DNA from: Candidatus Eiseniibacteriota bacterium
Lineage (GTDB): Bacteria > Eisenbacteria > RBG-16-71-46 > CAIMUX01 > VGJL01
Assembly (NCBI GenBank): GCA_041946735.1
Contig: JBHGAY010000028.1
Location: 1-64,000, forward strand
Reading direction: 5' to 3'
Length of the DNA stretch: 64,000 nucleotides
A model generated the notes under the pieces. It was not told the DNA's origin and made no database searches. It was given only the letters and a program-made list of their open reading frames with translations. Below are positions 53,130-60,417 of this stretch, piece after piece. Numbering within the stretch: the stretch's first letter is position 1; every line of letters starts with the position of its first letter. Position numbers and translations under genes: made by a program.

Positions 53130-55883
53130 ATGATGAAGCGCGTCTGGTTGGTCTTGGCGATCGCCGGTCTGGTGCTGGCCTTCGCATGCGAGAAGAACGA
53201 CGATGTCACCAACCCCGACGACACGGAAGACGGCGGCGGGATCGCCCCGGACGAGATCGATTTCGCCCGGACCTTCCCTCCCTTGCTCGCGAACGGCGCC
53301 GACGCGGTGCAAGTCGTGGCGACCGTCGTCGACTCGCGCGGCCGTGGCCTTTCCGGCGTGAAGGTGAACTTCTCCACGACGGAAGGGACGATCGACGGCT
53401 TCGCGCTGTCCGGCGACCGGGGCAAGGCGATCGCGACCCTGACGAGCGAAGCGTCGGCCGTCGACCTCGTGGCCACCGTGACGGCCGAGGCGAGCACGAG
53501 CCCGGTCGGGCAGGTGCAGGCAGAACGGGTCGACGGGGCGGCGGAGGGCGCGGGCGAAAGCGCGGGCGAGAAGCCGATCGTCCTGCTCTCCAACCAGCCG
53601 CTGAGCGGCGACGCGGTCGCCGCGGCGCTGCGGGCGCGCGCGGCGAAGCTCTCGAGCGGGCCGGAGGCGGTCGCAAGCGGCACGGCGTTGACGGCGGCCG
53701 CCGGCACGATCTCCGACGAGGTCCAGGTGCCGATGCTCGGCCTCACCCTCGCCCTGCGCGCCGACCCGGCCGCGCTCCCCGGCGACGGCATCCGGTCCAG
53801 CCGGATCGAGGCGAAGCTCCTCGAGACGACGCGGCGCGTGCCGGTCTCGGGTCAGGAGATCCGCTTCGGAACGACCGCCGGCACCATCACCGGCGCCATC
53901 GCGACCGACGAGTCGGGGATTGCCGAAGCCACGTTGACGAGCGAGCCGGGCGCTGCGTCGGCCGCGGTGACCGCCTACTACGGCGGCGATATGACCGCGA
54001 CCGTCACCGTCCCGTTCGAGGCGCTCGCCTTGACGTTGGAAGCGTCGAGCCCCGAGATCCCGGCCGACGGCGTGTCTGAGGTGCAGGTGGCGGCTCGCCT
54101 GCGCACGGCGAGCGGCGCCGCGGTCACGAACGCCCGGATCGAATTCACGACGACGCTCGGCACGATCGGCTCTCCGGTTGCGACCGACGAGGGCGGGGTC
54201 GCCCTCACCTCCCTGCGAGCCGGCAGCGCGACCGGCACCGCGGCCGTTCGCGCCAGCTTCGGCGAGGACCTCACGCAGTCGGTCGCCGTGACGTTCACCC
54301 AGCCGCCGGAGACGGCATCGCTTCTCTTCCACGCCGACCCTGTGGCGCTCGCCGCCGACGGCATCAGCGAGAGCCGGCTGATCGCCGACGCGCTCGACGC
54401 GGATGGCAACCCGATGCGCGACGGAACAGTCGTGGTTTTCTCGATCGTCTCGGGCGGCGGCCAGATCGTCTCCCCCGTCGCCGCGACCAGCGGCGGCCGC
54501 GCCGAGGCCACCTACGTCGCGGGAACGACCGCCGGCGACGTGCGCCTGCGGGCGACGTCGGGCGCCGCGCAAGCGGAAGAAGTCGTCCAGCTCGCGGCAT
54601 CCGGACCGGGCGGGCTCATCCTCGAGACCGAGCCCGGCCCGAGCATCCTTGCCGACGGCCTCGAGTGGACGGAGATCCGCGCGACCGTCACCGACCGCTT
54701 CGGCAACCCCGTCCCGGCCGGGACCGCGGTCGACTTCTCGACGAGCCGCGGCGTCCTCTTCGACGCCCAGCCGACCGACGCTTCCGGCGTCGCCACCGTC
54801 CGCCTGCGCTCCGAGCGCTTCGTGACGGGAACGGCCCGCGTGATCGCCAAGGTCGGCTCGCTGCAGCAGGTCCTCGACGTCCGGTTCGTGTCGGAAGCCG
54901 GGGCCCACGTCGAGGCGCTGAGCGCCCAGCCGCCGGCCATCGGGGTCCGCGGCGCCGGCGATCACGAGACGTCGACCGTGATCTTCCAGGTGCAGGACCG
55001 TCACGGCATCCCGGTCGACGAGGACCACGCAGTCGTGCTCGACTTCCATCTCGAGCAGCCTCAGAACACCGACGCGACGCTCTATCCGGAGTCGGCGGCG
55101 ACCGACGCGCGCGGCCTTGCCTGGACGACCGTGAACGCCGGCTTCCGCTCCGGAACGGTCGGGATCGCGGCGACGTCCGGTTCGCTCTACGGCGAGCCGA
55201 TCTTCGTCGCCATCCACGGCGGGAAGCCCGACGAGCGGCACTTCTCCATCTCCTTCGAGCGGCTGAACATTGCCGGGTTGGTCTACGACGGCATCCGCAA
55301 CGCGATCACCGCTCGAGTCGGCGACCGCTGGGGCAACCCGGTCCCCGACTCGACCCGCGTCTGGTTCCGCGCCGAGTACGGTCTCATCCAGGGGAGCGAG
55401 GGAAGCACCGAGTTCGGCGAGGCTACGGTGCAGGAGATCACAGCCGGGCCGCATCCGCAGATCCCGGGCGGAGACGGCCTGGTGCTCCTCACGGCGCAAA
55501 CGGTCGACAGCACGGCCCAATGGATCGAGACCGCCGGCCACGTCATGTGGTCGGGACCGACGATCGTCGAGATCCTGGAGCCTTCCAACGGGTTCGACAT
55601 TCCCAACGGCGGGTCGATCAACATCACCTATCGCGTGCGCGACGCGAACTTCAACCCGCTGGTCGGCGGAACGTCGATCACCATGTCCGCCACGGCGGGA
55701 GAGCTGGGCGGCGACGTCGGTTTCACCCTCCCGGACACGCAGAGCCGCAGCTACACGATGTTCGGCGGCACCCTGAGCGACGACGATCCGGAGACGAACG
55801 AGCCCGAGAGCGTCACGATCACCGTCACCGTCACGAGCCAGAACGGGAACCGAGCCGCGAGGGTGACAGGCATCAAGCATTGA
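53130..55883 (+). CDS. Invasin/intimin-like lipoprotein with tandem bacterial Ig-like (Big_1) domains, 917 aa
   Basis: Lipobox 'LAFA-C'. About 6-7 repeats of '.ADG......ATV.D..GNP...V.F.T..G......TD..G.A...L'. Confidence 0.85.
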   Translation: MMKRVWLVLAIAGLVLAFACEKNDDVTNPDDTEDGGGIAPDEIDFARTFPPLLANGADAVQVVATVVDSRGRGLSGVKVNFSTTEGTIDGFALSGDRGKAIATLTSEASAVDLVATVTAEASTSPVGQVQAERVDGAAEGAGESAGEKPIVLLSNQPLSGDAVAAALRARAAKLSSGPEAVASGTALTAAAGTISDEVQVPMLGLTLALRADPAALPGDGIRSSRIEAKLLETTRRVPVSGQEIRFGTTAGTITGAIATDESGIAEATLTSEPGAASAAVTAYYGGDMTATVTVPFEALALTLEASSPEIPADGVSEVQVAARLRTASGAAVTNARIEFTTTLGTIGSPVATDEGGVALTSLRAGSATGTAAVRASFGEDLTQSVAVTFTQPPETASLLFHADPVALAADGISESRLIADALDADGNPMRDGTVVVFSIVSGGGQIVSPVAATSGGRAEATYVAGTTAGDVRLRATSGAAQAEEVVQLAASGPGGLILETEPGPSILADGLEWTEIRATVTDRFGNPVPAGTAVDFSTSRGVLFDAQPTDASGVATVRLRSERFVTGTARVIAKVGSLQQVLDVRFVSEAGAHVEALSAQPPAIGVRGAGDHETSTVIFQVQDRHGIPVDEDHAVVLDFHLEQPQNTDATLYPESAATDARGLAWTTVNAGFRSGTVGIAATSGSLYGEPIFVAIHGGKPDERHFSISFERLNIAGLVYDGIRNAITARVGDRWGNPVPDSTRVWFRAEYGLIQGSEGSTEFGEATVQEITAGPHPQIPGGDGLVLLTAQTVDSTAQWIETAGHVMWSGPTIVEILEPSNGFDIPNGGSINITYRVRDANFNPLVGGTSITMSATAGELGGDVGFTLPDTQSRSYTMFGGTLSDDDPETNEPESVTITVTVTSQNGNRAARVTGIKH

Positions 55884-56070
55884 TCTGAACGGGCCTCCAG
55901 CACGCCCCGCGCGGCACCATCCGTGCGGGGCGACGCGCAGTGCCGGAATGCCGGAACGCGAGCGCATAGCCCGGCCCAGCGGGCGGCGCAGTTTCATGCG
56001 CGGTCAGCGGATCGCTTCTCGGCTGACCTTGGCGGATTGCAGTTCCGGTCCGCGCGGCCTGGGACCTCGT

Positions 56071-57264
56071 CTACACGAACCTCTCCCGCAGCCGCCGCGC
56101 AGCGGCCGTCATGCTCCTGAGCTTCGCCGCCGCCGTCTCAGCGTCGTTGACGCAGCGCTGGGCGAAGCAGCCGAAGCCGCAGTCGGGATTCAGGAAGACC
56201 CGCTCGGGCGGGAAAAAGGCGAGCGCCTCCGCGACTCTCGCGACGATCTCCTCGACCGTCTCGACCGCGTCGGTCCGCGGGTTGACGACGCCGAGGCCGA
56301 TCTCCCGCCCCGCGAGCGCCCGGCCGACCACCTCGAACTCGCCCGCGCGCGGCGTGGCGTACTCGAGAACGAACTGGTCGACCCGCATCCGCTGGAAGGC
56401 GGGAAGGAGCGGGGTGTAGTCGCCGCTCAACAGCACCGACTCGTCCCGGCTCCAGTTACCGCGACAGACGTGGAGGCCGATCCGCGGGCGCGACCCGGGG
56501 CCGGCGCCGAGCGGGCCGCGGTCCATGGGAGTCACGACGCCGTCGATCACCCGGTTCAGCAAGTCGGCCGCGTATTCCAGCTCCGTGCCCGCGTCCCGGC
56601 GGGTTGCGAGCGTCGCTCACATGAAGGTGCGGCGTTCACAGTCCTCCGACAGGACGATCTCCGTCAGCACCGGCTCGTCGAACTGGACGAACTCGCAGCC
56701 GGCCGCGGCGAGATCGAACAGCTCCTCGCGCAGGATCCGGACGACGTCGTCCCCCATCTCGGTCTTGTCGCGATAGGCGGCGCCCGAAAACGCGCCGACC
56801 CACATTGCGCGCGTCAGCAGATACGGGCCGGGAAGGGTGATCTTGACCGGCTTGTCGGTCAACGTCCGGAGGAATGCGAGGTCCCCGGCGGCGAGCGGCT
56901 CGCGCCGCGCGAGGCGCCCCACACAGGTCGGGTTGCGGATCGAGGAGGCGGGGACGTCGAGGGTGTCGAGCATCTCCTCGAACGCCGCCTTGTCCTCGAC
57001 GGTGTCGAGCATCTCGGCGAGCGACATCAGACGCGTCCCTTCGAGCTTCTCCGTGACGAAGGAGTAGAAGTTGTCGCGGCGGATTTCGCCGTCGACGACC
57101 ACGTCCACCCCCGCATCGTGCTGCGCAGCGACGCAGGCGGCGATCTCGCGACCAGCGATCTCGTCGAACTGCTCCCGCGACATCCGTCCGCGCTGCTTCT
57201 CTCGCAGCGCCGCGAGAAGCTCGCGCGAGCGCGGCCAGCTTCCGACCTGGGTCACGTCGAACAT
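56071..57264 (-). CDS. Cobalamin-independent methionine synthase II (MetE C-terminal-like) family protein with in-frame TGA (probable Sec216), 397 aa
   Basis: RBS GGAGG before ATG 57264. 'GSWPR', 'DGEIRR', 'KITLPGP', 'QFDEP', and Zn ligands 'LHVCRGN', 'LEYA', 'NPDCGFG'. ORFs 56617..57348 and 56071..56562 are in the same frame, joined through TGA 56617-56619 (RTFM-U-ATLA). Confidence 0.88.
56581..56616 (-). promoter_or_regulatory. Candidate bacterial SECIS element for the MetE-like gene
   Basis: TGA-GCGACGCTCGCAA-CCCGC-CGGGAC-GCGGG-CACGGAG. The apical loop follows 18 nt after the UGA and has G at loop position 2. Confidence 0.65.
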
Positions 57265-57276
57265 GCGATCCTCCGT

Positions 57277-57348
57277 CGCTGCGGCCGTCCGCACCGCGTC
57301 GGTCGCCCGCACTGCGGCGGTCGCCGGCACTGCCGCGGCCGTCCGCAC
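57277..57348. repeat. Four imperfect 18-bp tandem repeats upstream of the MetE-like RBS
   Basis: Minus strand: GTGCGGACGGCCGCGGCA / GTGCCGGCGACCGCCGCA / GTGCGGGCGACCGACGCG / GTGCGGACGGCCGCAGCG. Confidence 0.7.
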
Positions 57349-57379
57349 ACGCGCCAGGCACCGGCGCCTCTTCTCTTCC

Positions 57380-58147
57380 TCACAGAATCACCAGCTTGCA
57401 CGAAAGCGCGGTCGCCCGCGCGAGCGTGACGGCGACCGGAGAGCGGGCGACCGTCCGCTCCCATGCCTCGCGCACCGCCGCCGGCTCGGCGCCGGTCGAA
57501 GCGAAGCACTTCACATCGACCTGCGCGAGCCCCGGGTCCCCTTCGCCCAGGCCGAGCGGGGCAAGCGGGTTGCCCAGACGCCCACGGACCGTCAGCTCCA
57601 CGTCGTCGACGTCGAGGCCGGAGCGCCCGCACTCGGTAGCGAAGCCGCTCGCGAGCGCGGCGCCAAGGGATCCGAGCAGAAGCTCGACGGCCGAAGGGTG
57701 GGCGTCCTTCTCCTCGAAGCTCGCCGGCTGGCCCCCGTGGAACGAGAAGTTCCGGCAGTAGACGGTCGAGCGCTGCGGCCCCGACGCCCGCACGCGCAGC
57801 CGCCACTCGTACGACTCCGCCTTCCGCTTGTCGGCCGCGAGCGCTTCGGCTTCCTTCTCCGCGACCGCACCGCTCCCCTTGCGGACGAAGTAGCGCACCC
57901 CGCTCGCGTTTCCGCCGCCCGGCAGCGCTCCGAGGAACTGGTGCCCGACCATCCGGCACCACGGCGGCAGGTCGTCCCGGACCGTCGGCTCGCGCGAGCG
58001 CATCTCGAGGATCCCTCCTTCGGGGACCGCGAGCATCTGCTCGCGGATCAGAAGGACGAGCCCCGACCCGCAGTCCAGATCCCCGCCGTCGAAAACCCGG
58101 TCGGGACGGAGCCGCTCGAGAGATTCGGGAGATTCCTCGCCCGCCAT
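57380..58147 (-). CDS. TusA/SirA-like sulfur-carrier domain fused to an OsmC-like domain, 255 aa
   Basis: 'FDGGDLDCGSG...DDLPPWCRMVGH' (TusA-like) and 'HPSAVELLLGSLG...RSPVAVTL' (OsmC-like, Cys-less). RBS GGAGGG. Confidence 0.85.
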   Translation of the reverse strand: MAGEESPESLERLRPDRVFDGGDLDCGSGLVLLIREQMLAVPEGGILEMRSREPTVRDDLPPWCRMVGHQFLGALPGGGNASGVRYFVRKGSGAVAEKEAEALAADKRKAESYEWRLRVRASGPQRSTVYCRNFSFHGGQPASFEEKDAHPSAVELLLGSLGAALASGFATECGRSGLDVDDVELTVRGRLGNPLAPLGLGEGDPGLAQVDVKCFASTGAEPAAVREAWERTVARSPVAVTLARATALSCKLVIL

Positions 58148-58163
58148 GGCACCCTCCGTCGCG

Positions 58164-58529
58164 TCAGTAGGAGATGCAGGGAGTCCCGCCGGAGAGGAAC
58201 TCGACGAGCGCCGCTCCCCCGGCCGGCGTCGCTCCGGCGATCAGCCGCTCCGGCTCAATCGAGCGCTTCTTCATGCAAGGGGTGCAGACGAGGATCGTCC
58301 CGCCTCCGGCGACGAACTTGTCGACCAGCTCCTTCAGCGGCGCGAACGGCGCGCCTTCGTTCACCTTCTCGTATTCCCCCTGGACGGCGGCCCAGACGCC
58401 GTCGGTCGAGAGGAAGACCATCGTCTCCTTCTCGCTGCCAAGGGCGGCGTTCGCGACGACAAAGCCGACGGTCGCGGAGTCGCCGTTCTCCTTGCAGCGG
58501 GTGATCGAAACGCAGAACTTCTCGCTCAT
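58164..58529 (-). CDS. DsrE/DsrF-like sulfur relay protein, 121 aa
   Basis: RBS AGGAGA and ATGA overlap. 'VVANAA', 'VFLSTDGV', 'ILVCTPCMKKR'. Confidence 0.88.
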   Translation of the reverse strand: MSEKFCVSITRCKENGDSATVGFVVANAALGSEKETMVFLSTDGVWAAVQGEYEKVNEGAPFAPLKELVDKFVAGGGTILVCTPCMKKRSIEPERLIAGATPAGGAALVEFLSGGTPCISY

Positions 58530-58831
58530 GGTCGGTTCTCCTCCTTTGATGGTGGCCGGCCGGGGGTCGCTCCCCCGTGGCCGGGACGGACACGGACCAG
58601 ATAGAACGGGTGACGCGCATCGAGCAGCTCGTGCCCCGTGACGCGGCACCAGGCGCGCATCTCGACCGGCGCCCCCGGATCGCGCGCGAGGATCGCGACG
58701 CGCGCGCCGGGCGGCAGCGGCCGGAAGTGGATCCGGAGATCGATCAGGATCTCGCCGCAGCCGGTGTCCCGGCCATCGAAGCGGGAGTCCGGGCGCCAGT
58801 CGGACGGCATCTCTTCCCATCCCGCCATCAT
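58526..58831 (-). CDS. TusA family sulfurtransferase/sulfur carrier, ~101 aa
   Basis: 'FDGRDTGCGE...DPGAPVEMRAWCRVTGHEL'. ATGA overlaps at both ends. Confidence 0.85.
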   Translation of the reverse strand: MMAGWEEMPSDWRPDSRFDGRDTGCGEILIDLRIHFRPLPPGARVAILARDPGAPVEMRAWCRVTGHELLDARHPFYLVRVRPGHGGATPGRPPSKEENRP

Positions 58832-59937
58832 TCCGCCGTCGACTCCCCCGGCGCGGCCGGGTTCGGGCCGAACCTCCAGGCGGCCGAGAGCTGGAGCGTC
58901 CACTCCTGCACGTTGCCGCCGTTCTGTTGCACATTCCGGTAGACGGTCAACGGCACGGTCGCCGAGAGCGAGATGTCGTCCCGCGGCGACCAGTCGAGCC
59001 CCGGACCGACGAGGACGATCGGTCCGGCGCGCCGGAACCCCTCCGTATCGCCGATCAGGTCGTCGTACGGGACCCAGGCGACGTCGGCCACGGCGCGCGC
59101 GGCGAAGCGGCTCAGCGTCCCGCCGTTCAGACCCAGCAGGCTCCGGAAGGTGACACGCAGCGTCGCGGCGTCGGAGTCGGAGTTCTTCTCGGGCGCCGCG
59201 GAGGCCGGGTTCAGCTCGTGGCGGAAGTTGTTCACGGTCGTGGCGGACGGCGTGAAGACATAGCGCGCCGTCGCGCCGAGGCCGAAGCGCTCGCCGAGCG
59301 GACGGCTGCCTCCCAGCTCGATGATCCCCGCCCAGTTGCCCGTCCCTTCCTGGGCGGCCAGGTCCTTCGTGACGAGCGTGCCGTTCTTCGCGCGGAACTT
59401 CCCATCCGATCTGCCGGTGGGAAGGCGCGCGCCGAGCGAGACGTAGGCGGCGAGCCCCGGCCCGCCGGAGCCGCCGGAGCCGCCGGCCGCGAACCAGTAG
59501 CGAGCGAGCAGGCGGATGTCGCCCAGGCCGTTCGCCTGCATGTTGCCGGCGACACCACCGAACTCGCGGCTCTGCTCGTTGTGGACGAACGGGACCTCCG
59601 CGGCCACGGTGAATCGCTCGGAGAGGTCGTACTCGGCGGAGATCAAATGCTCGATCCCGAGGGTGGCGGGAGCGACGTTCGTCTCGGTCGCATCATCGCG
59701 CTCCTCACCGATGTAGTAGTGGTCGGTGTCCGAGTAGGTGAACCCGTACCCGAGTCGGAGCGAGCCGGGCAGATTGGCGTGCTGGATCTCCCCGACGGGG
59801 AGCGAGACCGGCACTCACCCACAGCCGCCGGCGAGCGCGCGGATCGGAACGGCGACGAGAGCGAGCGAAAGCGAGAGCGCGGCGAGTCTCGCGAGACTCA
59901 TGAGTCCCGAGAGTCTCGAGATCTTCTTGTTGCACAT
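58828..59937 (-). CDS. Outer-membrane beta-barrel (MetA-pathway/'transporter'-like) with N-terminal C-x-U motif (probable Sec41), 369 aa
   Basis: RBS GGAGG before ATG 59937. Signal peptide MCNKKISRLSGLMSLARLAALSLSLALVAVPIRALA, then GG-C-G-TGA(59815-59817)-VPVSLP in frame with the 58828..59814 ORF. Barrel motifs 'AAEVPFV', 'GLGDIRL', 'GARLPTG', 'QEGTG'. Confidence 0.82.
59785..59814 (-). promoter_or_regulatory. Candidate bacterial SECIS element for the barrel gene
   Basis: TGA-GTGCCGGTCTCG-CTCCCC-GTC-GGGGAG-ATC. Perfect 6-bp stem with a GU-starting loop that follows 18 nt after the UGA. Confidence 0.7.
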
Positions 59938-60417
59938 GAGAGCGGACTACCTCCCTGCGGCCGTTCGAACTGCCCAGAAACACCATGCCTCGCAAGACCC
60001 GAGGAAGCTCACGACAGCAGATCTGGGCGATTTGTCGAACCGAGGGAGTCCCGAAGGATGTCAGGCGCTCGGAGGGTTCAGCGACGCGCAGTCACGCTGC
60101 CGCGACGAGCAGCGCACTCAGGTGAACGGGGGCCGTTCCCAGGTCTCTTGGAGGACCTTGCGCATCGTTTCCTTCCGTTGAACGCGGAGCCGGCCGCAAT
60201 CGATTCGTCGGCGGCAGCTCCCATGGCCGTCTTCCGGGCAGGACGGTCGGCACCGTCGCCTCGCCCGGCTCAAGAGCATGACGGTCGAACATACGCGGTG
60301 GCGTGGGCGGCCGGCAACGGAAAACTGAGGCGGACCGACGGTCCACCCTCGGCGGCCGACCGGCGCCTGGAACTGTGCGGCGTCGGGAGAGCGTCGAGCT
60401 CCCCCGACTTCCTGCGG

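Noticed and set aside
56071..57264. Reading the split MetE-like gene and the truncated barrel gene as pseudogenes or as a UGA=Trp/Gly genetic code
   Set aside because: There are no frameshifts or other decay, both breaks are TGA with equally spaced hairpins, and many neighbouring genes terminate at TGA. Sec is more parsimonious, though unproven.
60060..60165. Tiny minus-strand ORF MRKVLQETWERPPFT-TGA-VRC giving an apparent UxxC motif
   Set aside because: The flanking sequence is not protein-like, a second TGA follows soon after, and the hairpin is too close to the UGA for a SECIS. Probably chance.
59940..60300. Possible SAM or Moco riboswitch upstream of the Sec operon
   Set aside because: Only fragments resemble the consensus (AAGAG..GGGA..GGCCC; CTCCGAGC) and core elements such as GCAACC are missing. 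An Infernal/Rfam scan would be needed.
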